From contig OX597819.1 of the NCBI GenBank assembly GCA_951406725.2, forward strand, positions 39,556,001 through 39,620,000: 64,000 bases of DNA, read 5' to 3'. The position numbers were made by a program, and so were the translations under genes. Under the pieces are notes generated by a model, which was not told the origin of the DNA, ran no database searches, and saw only the letters and a program-made list of their open reading frames with translations. Origin of the DNA: Octopus vulgaris (taxonomy: Eukaryota). Below, piece by piece: positions 1 to 14,907 of the stretch. The stretch's first letter is position 1. Every line of letters begins with the position of its first letter.

Positions 1-47
1 TCCTCAAAAATTTCGGGCCTTGTGCCAAGAGTAGAAAAGAAAATAGA

Positions 48-259
48 CGAGTTGCTGAACAGTTCCTGGCTTTGGGTAACAGAAAATACAGAAAGATCAG
101 TTAATTATGATTTTATTCAGCATACTTCCCTCTCAGATCCACACTTATTGCAGCAGTCCTTCATTTTTCCTAAGCCCTGTAAAAGAACTCAGAAGGTTGG
201 ACCTCCAGCCAGGCATTTCGCGACACCTTTAAAACAAGGAACTTTTCATTCCCTCCTCG
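48..259. mobile_element. mariner-derived MITE (irritans/Hsmar2-like TIRs), decayed
   Basis: Ends CGAGTTGCTGAACAGTTCCT ... AGGAACTTTTCATTCCCTCCTCG|TA are imperfect inverted repeats; interior is homologous to 8837-9038. Confidence 0.55.
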
Positions 260-847
260 TATTATGGAGAAGATAGTGTATACTATAAAATGTTATTATT
301 GGTATTAATACTATAAAAATTAATTTAAGATTTAGTTCAACTAAAACTTTTGAAGCTCTTGCTGTGAAATAAAAAACAGATATAAACACATCTTGTTATA
401 CCCTTAAAGAACAAGAAAAGTGAGATTACGATGAGCTCACTCAGGGTTAGTTGACTCTTCTCTATGGACCCAAAACTCGAACAATGAAGAAAGAGCTTAA
501 TGATCGCCTTGACGGTATGCTGACCAGATTTTACATGAGAGATCAAAGCATCGCAAGGCCAAAGAGGAGATTTAGGGAAACATCCCACCCATCTCTATTA
601 TTTTTGTTTAACGAAGGGTAGGCTTTGGTATCCACTGCTATAGTGCTGAACTACAAGCTATAATGGATGTTATATTTTGGAGATTTTTGCGCTCTAGACG
701 AGGACGAAGACCACTCGGCTACCTTTATGTTATTTGCAAAGACATACAACATAAAATTGAGGACCTACAAAAGACACTGGAGGACAGGGGTTCCTGGCCC
801 GGCGTTATGAAAAGCGTCTTGGTTGCGACCAATCGAAGAAGGTATCC

Positions 848-1645
848 TCCATCATCATCATCATAAACTCAGCCTGCCATTATCAGCGGCATCAGCATCA
901 AGAAACGGCGCTGGTATTAATTCTACCACTCTGACAATTACTCGAACCTGTACAATTACCACCACCCACATCACTATCACTAGCACCACCATGAATTCCA
1001 CCGCGCCACCATCGCCACCACCACCGTCACAGTCGCCACCGTTCCCATCGCCACTGCTCCCATCGCCACCACTCCCACCGCCACCGCTATCAGTTGCTGC
1101 CTTTACCGCCGCCATCTTTGCTGCCGTCACAGCAACCGCCGTCTACAATAACAACCAAAACCACCACCACCACCACCACCACTACCACCACCACCACCAC
1201 TACCACCACCGCCACCACCACCACCACCACTACCACAACCACCACCGCCACCACCACCACCACCACCACCACCACAACCACTACCACAACCACCACCACC
1301 TCCATATCCGCTACCACTACAACCACCACATCACCTATATGACAAGTTTAACAGCTTCACCATTGACACCATCATCATCACCACCATCATCGTTATAACG
1401 ACTACCACAACCACCACTATCACCACTACCACCACCACCACTATCACCACCACTACCACCACCACACTAACCAAAACCACCACCATCAACACAATCACTT
1501 CCAACAACAACAACCACAACCACCATCATCACCACCATCAACCTCACCACCAATATCCACTCTGCCATCTGCACCCTCTCGCTAGTAATACTACTACCAC
1601 CATCATAACCACTCCTTTTCTTTTTTAAGCAAATGCATCGTTACC

Positions 1646-1677
<32 letters not shown>

Positions 1678-2100
1678 CAACAACAGCAATCACAAACATT
1701 CTCACCACCGCCGCCACTGCTCATCACCGACACCACCACCACCACCACCACCACTACTATCACTCCAATCTGCATCATCACCACTAGCATCATCACCACT
1801 AGCATCCCCACCACCGCCACCACCACCACCACCATCATCATCACTACCATCACCATAACCACCGCTAACATCCACACCATTATCATCAAAACAATGCCAC
1901 CACAACCACCACCACCACAATCACCACTACCACCACCACAATCACTATTACCATCACCATCACCATCACCATCGTTATAATTACCATTACCATAATTACC
2001 ACCAAAACCACGCCATCACAATCACCACCACCACCACTACCTCTACCACAACCATCACCACCACCACGATAACCATTGCCACCTCCATCTATAACAAAGA
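848..2100. repeat. compound (CAC/CAT/CAA/TAC)n trinucleotide low-complexity tract
   Basis: Directly visible; produces the poly-H/T/P/V ORFs. Confidence 0.9.
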
Positions 2101-2499
2101 ATACCATTCATTGTCACTTCTCTCTCTCTCTTTACAGAAGGATTCATCACTCAACACAATTACCAGATCGCGCTACCACCTTTCATACCACGCATCACAC
2201 ACACACACACTTACACACATACCTACACATACACAGCCACCTTACATCGACACCACCCCACTCTACCACACACCAATATTCTCATACCCAACCTGATTCT
2301 CTCGCTACCATACGCCATTCCGTACCGATATATCCTGTTGATTAGTAAGTGCGGCGCAGTTTAATTCACAATTTCCTTTGTAATGTTAGTCACGATCTGT
2401 ACTATAGATATACATATATAGATGTGCACATAAGTGTGCAGCAGTGAATACGTATGGATATATAAGTGTATAGGTGTATCCATGCACACGCACACCCAT

Positions 2500-3625
<1,126 letters not shown>

Positions 3626-3926
3626 AGAAAATGCGAGAGCTTCTTAGAGGAGAGCCAACAAGACGCAGTATTGAAGGCGTGTTATCTTCCCAATTTGGTG
3701 CCTCACTCCCCCTTCCATTGTTGTTATAGACTGTTCTGCCAGCTTCATGTACAGTTTTCTTTCTCCTTTACCTCTCTCTCTCTCTCTCTCTCTCTGACTG
3801 CCTGTCTGACTGATTTTGACTTTCACTTTACCTATCTATTTACTTGCGTATCTATTTGCTATCTATCTTCTATCATGAGAGTCTATTTATGAATCTCTCT
3901 CTCTCTCAGTCTCTCTCAGTCACTTT

Positions 3927-3968
<42 letters not shown>

Positions 3969-4131
3969 ACACACACACAAATGATTAAAATTAGCTTTCT
4001 ATTAGTCTGTCTGTGTCTTTCTATCTCTCTCTTGTTCTCGGTCTACATATATGTATATGTTTGTGTATGTGTGTGCGCGTGAATGTAGGCACACACACAC
4101 ACACACACATAAGCACACTCACACACACTCT

Positions 4132-4166
<35 letters not shown>

Positions 4167-4194
4167 AGTTTTTAACGCACAGTGTATGAGACTG

Positions 4195-4357
4195 GGAGAG
4201 AGACACAGAGGGAGAAACAGATAGAGAGAGGGTGAGAAAGAGAGAAGAAAAAGAAGAAGAAGAAGAAAGAGAAGAAGAAGAAGAAAGAGAAGAAGAAGAA
4301 GAAAGAGAAGAAGAAGAAGAAGAAGAAGAAGAAGAAGAAGAAGAAGAAGAAGAAGAA

Positions 4358-4388
<31 letters not shown>

Positions 4389-4847
4389 AAGAAGAAGAAG
4401 AAGAAGAAGAAGAAGAAGAAGAAGAAAGAGAAGAAGAAGGAGAAGAAGGAGAAGAAAGAGAAGAAGAAGAAGAAGAAGAAAGAGAAGAAGAAGGAGAAGA
4501 AGGAGAAGAAGAAGAAGAAGAAAAAAAAGAAGAAGAAGGAGAAGAAGGAGAAGAAGAAGAAGAAGAAGAAGAAAGAGAGAAGAAGAAGAGAAGAAGAAGA
4601 AGAAGAAGAAGAAGAAGAAGAAGAGAAGAAGAGAAGAAGGGAAAGAGAGTGCAACAAAAAGAGAAGTAAAGAGAGAGAAAGAATGAAAGAAGAAATTAGA
4701 AGTAAAGTGAGAGAGAGAGAGAGAGAGAGGGAGGGAGGGAGAGTGACCGAAATAGGGAGTGTGAATCTAAGAGAAGGAGATTGAATATATAAGAATAAGT
4801 CGATTGATAGAAGCAGGCGGAAAAAATTATATTAGGAAGAGAAGAAA

Positions 4848-4887
<40 letters not shown>

Positions 4888-4930
4888 GAGAAAGACAGAC
4901 AGAGACAAAGCGAGTGAGAGAAACAGAGCA
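4195..4930. repeat. polypurine tract, (GAA)n about 400 bp plus (GA)n
   Basis: Essentially pyrimidine-free (GAA)n at about 4240-4645. Confidence 0.95.
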
Positions 4931-5351
4931 AAGGGGTGGAGGCGAAGGCAGGTAAAAATTCCAGTGTAGTGTGTGCAATCCTTACAGTTTCTGCTGGCAC
5001 GTATTCACCGAAATAGACAATACGGAGGTGAAAAATCTCGAAGGGTTCTTCAGACGAACCTCACCACGACAACGACGGCACGATAACAACGGTATTGTTG
5101 ATGATTATGATGATGACGACGACGACGACGATGATGTTAATGATGGTGATGATGATGGTGGGGGTGGGGGTGGGGGTGGGGATGATGGTGGGGGTGGGGG
5201 TGGGGATGATGGTGGGGGTGGGGATGGTGGTGGTGGTGGTGAGGTGCTGAGAATAATGAAGAGAGGAAGGAGCAGGAATGATAGTCGAGGAAGCAAGTGG
5301 AGATGGCAGAGAATTACTTTTTGCTGATTATAAAATTACAAAAGTATTTGT

Positions 5352-5403
<52 letters not shown>

Positions 5404-5546
5404 ATGTGTGTCTGTGCGCGCGCGTGTATGTGTGTGTGCATGTGCATGTATGTTTGTATGTATGTATGTATGTATATATATATGTATATATATATATATG
5501 TATATATATTTATATATATGTATATATATATACGTGCGTGATAGAA

Positions 5547-5605
<59 letters not shown>

Positions 5606-8522
5606 TATACATACATACATGCATACATATATATATACATACAAGCATACATACATACATACTTGCAAACATACATATATATACACATGTGTGTGTTCCT
5701 ATTTGTATAGAGAGAAAGCAAACGAGAGAGATATACGGAAAGAGAGAGAGAGTGAGAGAGAGAGAGAGAGAGGGGAGAGAGAGGGAGAAAGATTGGAAGA
5801 AGAAAGACCGAATGAAATAAAGCAAGAAATGAGAGTGATAAATAGAAGAGTATAATGAATAAAAAAGAAAAACAGAAAATATGTAACAAAAGAAAATGTT
5901 CTATAAGTGTGTGTGTGTATGTGTGTGTGTGTGTATACGTGTGTGTGTGAATACATACCTCTGATATATACACACTTACACACACGCGCATGAACGTACA
6001 CACACACACACACATATACACACGAAGTGATGAAAAAACTGGAGAGACCTTTCAGAAATTTTCCCTGGAGAAATAACAATTATAATAAATTATTTTAATC
6101 TATGTAACATGAAATACATTTTGATTTCTCTCTTTTGTGTAGGTTTCAAAGGTCTTTGTATTTTTAAAGGAGAGAAACTAGTTGTTGTGATTCCATGATT
6201 GCTAAAATCGACACAGGGCCATATTTTTTTTTCTCTTTTGTGTAGCAAATAGTACGTCGATGTCCGATTATTTTTTTGTCCGCCGCGTTCTTCGGTTTAT
6301 TAGGACATTTTTGTAAGATGCTAGCTCAGGTAAAGTTGCTCATCGTTAAACTTCATTTATTTCTTATGGGTAGGAGTTGTCTCCTCACAATATATCGTAG
6401 CTGATTCGATCGCAAGAGAGAGAGAGAGAGAAAAAAAAGAGACAGAGAAAGAGAGTGAAAGACAGAGATAGAGATTGAGAAAGAGGGTGAGAGATACAGA
6501 GAGAAATCGATTCCAGCATTTGAATAGTATTATACTTATTCAAATACGTGTGTTTCATGCGTTTTTCCCTAAAGATGGCCGTTAAGAGATAGTAATGTCT
6601 CCACAACGTAGCAGGATCTGAAATTTGAATTCGCAATTAAGGAATGTTGGGAAGATGTACAGAATTCTACAAAATTCTTACCATTTCTAGCTCCTGGTAA
6701 TCGTGTATAGTATTTTATTATTCTTTTTAGAAATGATATAACCTGTAACTTATTTGACATATTTCATTAAAATAAAAAATTAAATTAATTAAAATCTGGA
6801 GGAAATTAATGGAATTTAAAAATAAATTTTGCTTCATATAACGTTCGATCAGGAATTGAAAGAAAGAAAGTTCTTAGCATCTACATATAGAGCAATAGCC
6901 ACTTCTAGGGAAATTATGCCTCATTAAACTAAGAGTCGCCAATAATTTGAACATCTGCGACAAACAATTACACAAGCCGTCTCTCATATGTTCTATTTCA
7001 TATATTTATATCATATTTTCAGAATCCTGGAAAAGGAAAGCCAAAGTTGATATCACTAGGATTTGTACTTAGAAAGCATACAATAAGAACAATTTTCTGC
7101 AAGGCATTCGTCTGATATTCTATCGATTCTGCCAACCGGCCATTTTTTATTTGAATGGTAAGGCTGGTAGAAAATTGAATCGAGTCCAAAATACTTGACT
7201 GCTATTTGATAGAACAAATAAACATTGGCAGCAATTAAACTCAGAATCTGAGACTGGTAAGTATAAATACTACAGCAATTTTTAAATTCTCGATTTACTC
7301 AATGAAGTAGCAGCGTGGTGTTGAATTGGTTTCAATTTAAATATCGAACCAGTTGCTTGGATTTATTTCTCGGGAGCTTACTAACTTATCTGGTTTTTTT
7401 ATGGAATATATAGCTATAATGATTTTCGTCATTTTTTTTAGTCAATTGGACGCGGATGTAGCTGTGTGACAAAGAAGTTTCCTTCATAATTTCCTAATTT
7501 TGGGCCACTTCGAGACACCTTAGAGTTGATTTGATCTTTGTGAATGACCAAAACGTTTTGACTGAAATTTGGTAAATGGAAGCTGAGTGGAAGTATGTTG
7601 GATGGAGCGTTCCTGATTTTTAAATGATAAAATTAGTCTGTCGTCCGGCTTAACACCATTCATTAGTGTTTCTGCGCTTTCATCACAAGCTTTTTGTTCA
7701 GGGCTCTGGTTCGAGAATAACTTTCTCTCTCCCTCCAATTTGTTTCATTTGTTAAAAATGGCCATAAACTCTGCTATCTTCTGACGAAGCCATAGGAATA
7801 TGAACATTAGTGTTAATATGTTGAACATAAGTCACGTGGTTTTTAAAAAGCAGAGAATTTGTATAGAGAGATTTGGTTGCTATATTGATAAAATTACACT
7901 CCTATGCTATTTCGATGACTGAATCTGAGCCAATATGTCGAAGCATCTAATCCTGTGGCCCCCAAATTTGCTTTTGAGCGTTGTGGTGATTTAAACACCA
8001 AATAAATGAAGACAAAAGCAAAAAATTACACGATGTACGTTAACTTGAATTATAATAAACATGAAGTACATCAGCGTGCAGTTACGATGAACTTAGAAAC
8101 ATCGTACATAACAGATACCTGACAGATTACTTCATCCATTGTTCGATCTATCTGATGACCTAGTCACTAAATTAGTGTACAGATTCGTGAGTCTTTAACG
8201 TAATTCTCAAGCAAATTCAGCAAAACCCAATGTGACAAGGCTGTACTGTTAAATTACAAATACAGCCCATCCGACGTACTTCTAAGTAGTTTCCATATTC
8301 TCACGGTTCGCTCACAATGCTTGGTTTAACCTGAGATCATGCTAAAGACCCATGCTCGAGGTGTCCATACAGTGGGAATCACGAACTTCATGGTTGCGAA
8401 GCGAACTTCTTAACCAAACGCGTGCAAGCACGTACGCACACACACTCCAACACACAAGCATACAAACACACACACACTCCAACACACAAGCATACACACA
8501 CACACACACTCACATATATATA

Positions 8523-8667
8523 GGCGCAGGCGTGGCTGTGCGGTAAGAAGCTTGCTTCTCAACCACATGCTTTCGGGTTCAGTCCCACTGCGTGGCACGT
8601 TCGTCAAGTGTCCTCTGTAGCCTCGGGCCGACCAAAGCCTTGTGAATGGATTTAGTAGACGGAAATT

Positions 8668-8734
<67 letters not shown>

Positions 8735-8836
8735 TCCCCCTGCCATCACTTGACAACCGATGCTGGTGAGTTTATGTACCCATATATATCTAGCGGTGGT
8801 TCGGTAAAAGGAACTGATATAATAAATACTAGGCTT
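8523..8836 (+). mobile_element. tRNA-derived SINE family A, 3' truncated
   Basis: Head GGCGCAGGCGTGGCTGTGCGGTAAG (A box), GGGTTCAGTCCC (B box), internal (GT)n; homologous to 17122 and 53214 copies. Confidence 0.85.
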
Positions 8837-9038
8837 GCAGGCACTGAGAAGTTACTGGCTTTGGGTAAAAGAAAATACAGGAGGTTCAGTTACTTGTGAT
8901 TTTATTCAACATATTCCCCTCTCAGATTGTGGTCCTTCAATTTTTCTAAGTCCTGTAAAAGAACTCAGACGGTTGGGCGATACCCTCAAAGCTGCTTTCG
9001 CGGTACCATTAAATGCAGGAACTTTTCAGCACCCCTAG
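8837..9038. mobile_element. mariner-derived MITE (same family as 48-259)
   Basis: CACTGAGAAGTTACTGG ... CAGGAACTTTTCAGCACCCCTAG|TA; interior homologous to 55-250. Confidence 0.6.
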
Positions 9039-9327
9039 TATATGTATTGTATGTATGTATGTATGTATGTATGTATGTATGTATGTATGTATGTATGTAT
9101 GTATGTATGTATGTATGTATGTATGTATGTATGTATGTATGTATGTATGTATGTATGCATGCATACATGTATGTATGTATGTACGCATGTACAAACAATA
9201 GGCACATATGTATATAAATAGATAAATTCATGGATGGATAAGACAGACAAATAGAGAGAGAGGGGGGGTAGGGAGGGAGGGAGGGAGGAGAGAGAAGACA
9301 GACAGACTGACAGGCAGATAGACAGAC

Positions 9328-9410
<83 letters not shown>

Positions 9411-9639
9411 AAATTTACCGACAATATTTACCACTATCTGCTATCTAGCATCTCTATCACTTTTAAGTGTAGGAATTTAGTTTCAGATTAGAAAATACAA
9501 TAAATCAATATACGCATCATACACACTGCATTTAGTGTGTAGTAGTGACCTTTGGCAGGTGGAACTTTTAACTTAACCATACATAGTAAATTTAGTACAT
9601 AGTAGTGAGTAAAGTTGACTGTAATGTTTAACCTAACCT

Positions 9640-9855
9640 AAGGCGGCGAGCTGGCAGAATTGTTAGCAGGCCAGGCGAATTGCTTAGCAGTATTTCGTCT
9701 GTCTTTACATTCTGAATTCAAATTCCTCCGAGGTCGACTTTGCCTTTCATCCTTTCGGGGTCGATAAATTAAGTACCAGTTGTGTACTGGGGTCGATCTA
9801 ATCGACTGGGCCCCTCCCCAAAAATTTCGGGCCGTGTGCTTTGAGTAGAAAAGAA
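9640..9855 (+). mobile_element. tRNA-derived SINE family B
   Basis: AAGGCGGCGAGCTGGCAGAA head, GAATTCAAATTCC B-box-like, central GGTCGACTTTGCCTTTCATCCTTTCGGGGTCGATAAA block; more than 10 copies in window. Confidence 0.85.
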
Positions 9856-10179
9856 TTGTTATCACGCCGGGCAAAAGTCTCAGCGGTATTTTTCCGTCGT
9901 CTTGAACATCGCAACGGTAAAATACTGTTAAGTTCAAATTCCGTCGAGGTCAACTTCATCCTTTCATCCTTTCAGGGTAGATAAAATAAGCATTGAACGT
10001 ATTAGCGTATGTTCAAGGCTGCGGAAGCTTGCACAATATTGTGTGTATCAATACTAATAACGCCGAGTTTGTCTTTGCCTGTCATCCTTTCGGAGTCAAG
10101 CACTAGGGTCGATGTAACCGACCTACTCCTTATAGTAGAAAGGATTATTATTATTATGATTATTATTGTTGTTGTTGTT

Positions 10180-10267
<88 letters not shown>

Positions 10268-10290
10268 TTATTATTATTATTATAATTATT

Positions 10291-10485
10291 AAGGCGGCGA
10301 GCTGGCAGAATTTCTAGCACGCTGGACGAAATGCTTAGCGGTATTTCACCCGTCCCTCCGTTCTGAGTTCAAGTTCCAGTGAGGTCGATTTTGCCTTTCA
10401 TCTTTTCGCGGACGATGAAATAAGAACACTGGGATCGATGTAATTGACTCATCCCCCCAAAAAAAACTGCTGCCCTTGTGACAAA
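10291..10485 (+). mobile_element. SINE family B between (ATT)n tracts
   Basis: Homologous to 9640-9855. Confidence 0.8.
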
Positions 10486-10541
<56 letters not shown>

Positions 10542-10554
10542 AAATAAAATAAAT

Positions 10555-10716
10555 GCGCCCTTTTTAAAACCTAGCCAGGCTCATGGGCCCGGTTTCCCGG
10601 TTTCTATGGCGTATGTTTTCCCCAGCTGGACAAGACGCCAGTCCATCGCAGTGTTACTCATTTTTGCCAGCTGAGTGGACTGGAGCAACGTGAAATGAAG
10701 TGTTTTGCCCAAGAAG
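10555..10716 (-). mobile_element. SINE family D fragment (V-domain-like core, GAAACCGGGAAACC tail)
   Basis: Minus strand TTCTTGGGCAAAACACTTCATTTCACGTTGCTCCAG...CTGCGATGGACTGGCGTC...; homologous to 37140-37260 and 51912-52108. Confidence 0.7.
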
Positions 10717-10759
10717 TCATCATAATGTTCGACAAAGGAACGCGTTCCTTGTCGACAAA

Positions 10760-11870
10760 AATTTAGAATGAGGAAAGAATTAACAATATGAATATCGAAC
10801 GACCTAAACTTAATGACGTCACCAAGGCGAATAATGTTTCGTCTCTGAGCAACGTCAAAACTTTCGGTGTCGACAACGAGAACAACAACAGCAACAGTGA
10901 CAGCTGCAACAACAACAATACGAAAGAAATGAAACATAAAAACGCAAATATCGCCTCTGCGTCTTTTGCATCGGCGGCGGGAAATATGGAAAGTTTCCGC
11001 ATAGATGAAGAATTAAAATTGGTAAGAAAAATTGTAAAAAGAGATGAGAGAAGGATGGCTCTAAACCTTCCATCTGCGTGAAATAAAATATCGCTAGATG
11101 TACGGTAACATACCGTTGCATTGGAGTCAAGTCTCGGCGAGTGGAAAATGCTCCTGAGAACGAAGTACAAAAATGCCTTGGGTGCGTGTGGGAAACAAAA
11201 GACCTACATCACCAGAGGAAAGAAGTTTGGAACCATTGAGGTGAGAATTGGGACTAAACATAGAGGGGACAAACAAGGACAGACAAACGAATTAAGTCGA
11301 TTACATCGACCCCAGTGCGTAACTTGTACTTAATTTATCGACCCCGAAAGGATGAAAGGCAAAGAGGACCTCGGCGGAATTTGAACTCAGAACGTAACGG
11401 CAGACGAAATACGGCTACGCATTTCGCCCGGCGTGCTAACGTTTCTGCCAGCTCGCCGCCTAGAAGAAGCTAGATATAATTCCGCAACCACTTTGAGGAA
11501 TGATAACTTTTTCTTAATTACCAGTTGTCGCGGCCAACGCCTTGCCAAGAATAGGGTGCTGAATGTTCCACCAGAAATATCCTGGTTGGTGGTGGCCGTC
11601 TTGGTAGGTTTAGTAGAAGACGAAGTCAAAATATTGGAGGTCAATAAACTACCTAAACAAAACTGGTTAGGTATAGGTATGGAACTGACCTTGCAATGCA
11701 AGCAGGACCATATCGACCAGCTGCCCGATCTAATCGATTTCCAGGATGGTACTCACCTGTCAGTGTTCATGGAGGGTAGAAAGCCAAGATACCACAAATG
11801 TGGATCTATAAATCACTTAAAAACGTTATACCCTGAAACAAGGAAAAATAAAGTCTCACTGCTGCCAACA
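10760..11870 (+). pseudogene. decayed ORF1 (gag-like) of an L1/Tx1-type LINE, interrupted by a SINE B
   Basis: ORF 11433 contains LSVFMEGRKPRYHKCGSINHLKTLYP, a decayed EGR-P-CxxC-x4-H-x4-C zinc knuckle; upstream ORF pieces are collinear. Confidence 0.6.
11250..11461 (-). mobile_element. SINE family B inserted into LINE ORF1
   Basis: Near-identical to the 26194-26427 and 54627-54863 copies. Confidence 0.9.
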
Positions 11871-11909
11871 TTACAAATAAAAGTGCAAAATCATAAACAA
11901 GTGTTCAAG

Positions 11910-12028
11910 GCAGTTCTATATTTAAGAGATGAGGAATTATGTACATTATTTACATTATTTACATTCGACGGATATTTGTTCTCATCTTGTTTGTTGTTAA
12001 CACAACGTTTCGGCTGATATAACCTTCA
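11910..12028 (-). mobile_element. Penelope-like terminal fragment (same family as 14908-15085)
   Basis: CAGTTCTATATTTAAGAGATGAGGAATTATGTACA...CTCATCTTGTTTGTTGTTAACACAACGTTTCGGCTGATA shared with 14908-14990; retains the GAAAC-GUU half of the hammerhead-like motif. Confidence 0.55.
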
Positions 12029-12922
12029 AAATTAATTATCGGACTGTAGATGAAACGTCTCCATCAATTTCACTGTTGTGAACAAGTGTGACAGTGCATT
12101 GATGGATTTTGTAAGTCAAAACAAAAACATAATAGAGACAGACGGAAAGGAATTTGAGGATTTCATCCTCAAAACTCCCAAAGATAGACTTTTAATTATC
12201 AGATGTTTATAAGACTATAATAGAAAAATTCCCAGGTAGTGTGGGGATATAAAAAAAAATCTGTTGATAAAAGGCTGTTGGAAGGGCCTTTTAAAAAATT
12301 TTCGCCTGTACAGAAGCTCTGAAATTACGATCTCTCTATCGTGAATGCAACACCATAACCACTAAGTCATGCGCCCTTACACACACACACCCACACACAC
12401 ATATATATAAACAAAACAACTGAAACTTTCTATCAAACCACGTCGAACCTGTGTGGAAGCGTAGGCCAGTATGATATCAAGCTCAAATTGACGGCCCCCA
12501 ATGCTGAGGCCTTTGTCCTGCAGAAAACTGATCGTGGACAATCCAATTCAACCTAATCTAATCCCATTCAAACCTAACCAGACGTTAACATCTGATGTAC
12601 TGGGTTAACCAGTGGAAGTTATAATTAACCAGCCAATTAAGAAATCACTTCGGAGAGTTACTGCCCCAATACTCAAGTATAAGTCTCACATAGAGTGAAA
12701 TCTCTTCGCGGTAACTCCACCTGTGTGGTACTGTCATTTTAACCTTCTTCAAATTAATCATACTGCATTCAGATTATGTATTGCTACACAATTTGATGGT
12801 CATGTTGGAATGCCTTTTTTCAAACTATTTCTTGAAGAGGGTTTATCAATAACAGCTAGAAATACCAACTGAATTTCTCTCAAATCACATTTTTGTTTTT
12901 TAAAAAAATCTGGGATGTCCTT

Positions 12923-13080
12923 TGGCGTGACGTGTGGTCGAGAAGCTTGTTTCTCAACCACGTGGTATCGTATTCAGTCCCAGTGCGGCACATTTGGCAA
13001 GTGTCTTCTACTGTAGCTTCAGATTGACCAAAGCCTTGCGAATGGATTTAGCATTCCGAACAAAACCGAAAGAAGTCCGT
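12923..13080 (+). mobile_element. SINE family A, divergent 5' half
   Basis: Degenerate head plus TTGGCAAGTGTCTTCTAC...GACCAAAGCCTTG. Confidence 0.65.
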
Positions 13081-13114
13081 GGCGCGCGCCCGTGCACACA
13101 CACGCACACGCACG

Positions 13115-13160
<46 letters not shown>

Positions 13161-13507
13161 CGTGCAATTATCTGAATTGCTATCTATAATAGCCAAACCT
13201 CCCTCAAATGTTATCCTACCCTCTTGAAAAATGAGAACTCGCTGGATAACGCATTATTCGAGAGAAGGACAAGATGGTCGTAATTGGGATGCCTTTTGTC
13301 CATAAGTCTAAGTCGGGTCTGATTTAGATTTAAGCAAGACTAATAATGACAACAGCAGCAGTACCACAATTGGAGTAAATTTTGATCTATAAGAACAATT
13401 TTCGTCTAAAAACCCACAAAAGGCCTCCATTATATCAGATTTATGTTACTTCATTAAGTACCTTATGACCTTAAAATGATAGAATATTTTTTCTCTCTTT
13501 CCTTCTG

Positions 13508-13552
<45 letters not shown>

Positions 13553-14379
13553 ATATATTATTTATAACGAATGTGCGTATATGTGTGTATGTGAGTATGT
13601 GTGAATGTGCGTGTGTATGTGTGTGTGTGTATGAATCTACCACACTCTATTTCCTCTAGGAATAAAAAATAAAATGGACCCAAATTCTGAACTGGTACTT
13701 TATTCATAGACAACGAAACGCTGAAAGACCTAGTGTTGATCTTGACGTGATCTGAGCTGGGAGAGCAAAGAGCCGAAACGAATAACCACAAAACGTCTTT
13801 CTGTCGCTCTAAAAATCCTGCCAATTAGTCGCCTGTATGAAGTGAACCAACTATACAAGCAATGATGAATAAAGATATTAGTCATTTAACTTCTTTTATT
13901 GAACGAGCGTCACCCAAGATACGATCTCAATGTCTGCCGTCCACTTTATGGCTCACAGAACTATTATTCCTTTAAGGTACGATAGTACTTAGTATATAAG
14001 ATAAACAAAGATAAATAATATGAAAGGCGAGATTGTATTTAACAGATAAAAATTCATGTACTTCAAAGGCGGAGTTTGTTTGATATTTATTAATCTCCTT
14101 AAAATTCTTATTAGTAAACTCTATAGTCATCAATTTAATGAGCTGAGCGCAAGCTATTTTCTTCTCTGCTGCAATATTGATTTGTCAGCACACACACACA
14201 CACGCACACGCACGCACAAACAAACGCACGCGCACATACACACACACACACACACACAATCACACCAAACACACGCATGTATTTACATGCATACATATAC
14301 ATAAATAAGTAAATATATACATGTTACATGTGTGTATATGCACACACAGTATATACATATACACATATATACATACACA

Positions 14380-14415
<36 letters not shown>

Positions 14416-14450
14416 ATAATAATAATAATAATAATATATAATATATATCG

Positions 14451-14801
14451 TGGCACTCTGTCGGTTACGACGACGAGGGTTCCAACTGATCCGATCAACG
14501 TAACAGCCTGTTCATGAAATTAACATGCAAGCGGGTGAGCGCTCCACAGACACGTGTACCCTTAATGTAGATTCAGCGTGACAGGGAGTGTGACAAGGCT
14601 GGCCCTTTGAAATACAGATACAACAGAAACAGGAAGAAAGAGTGAGAGGAAGTTGTGGTGAAAGAGTACAACAGTGTTCGCCACCGCCCCTCTGCCGGAC
14701 CCTTGTGGAGCCTTAAGTGTTTTCGCTCAATAAACACTCACAACGCTCGGTCTGGGAATCGAAACCGCGTGTCCGCTGTCCTAACCACTGGGCAATTGCG
14801 C

Positions 14802-14804
<3 letters not shown>
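14451..14804 (-). mobile_element. tRNA-derived SINE family C
   Basis: Minus-strand head GAGGCGCAATTGCCCAGTGGTTAGG...GGTTTCGATTCCC; head homologous to 53752 and 42200-42300. Confidence 0.8.
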
Positions 14805-14838
<34 letters not shown>

Positions 14839-14907
14839 TACATACACAAACACACACACACACACACACATATGCACACAAATACACACACATATGTATG
14901 TATAATA

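Noticed and set aside
337-866. ORFs as LINE remnants or genes
   Set aside because: Only a faint resemblance to Tx1 zinc motifs (GRRPL, LHC); insufficient.
823-2100. His/Pro/Thr/Gln-rich ORFs
   Set aside because: Trinucleotide repeats open in several frames on both strands; no domain or splice support.
6682-6742. Minus-strand 61-bp exon (TTACAG...GTAAGA)
   Set aside because: Weak acceptor tract, AT-rich, and no partner exons identified.
12041-12062. Minimal hammerhead GGA-CUGUAGA-U-GAAAC-GUC-UCC
   Set aside because: Core has U in place of the conserved A, helix I is only 3 bp, and it is single-copy here; may be chance.
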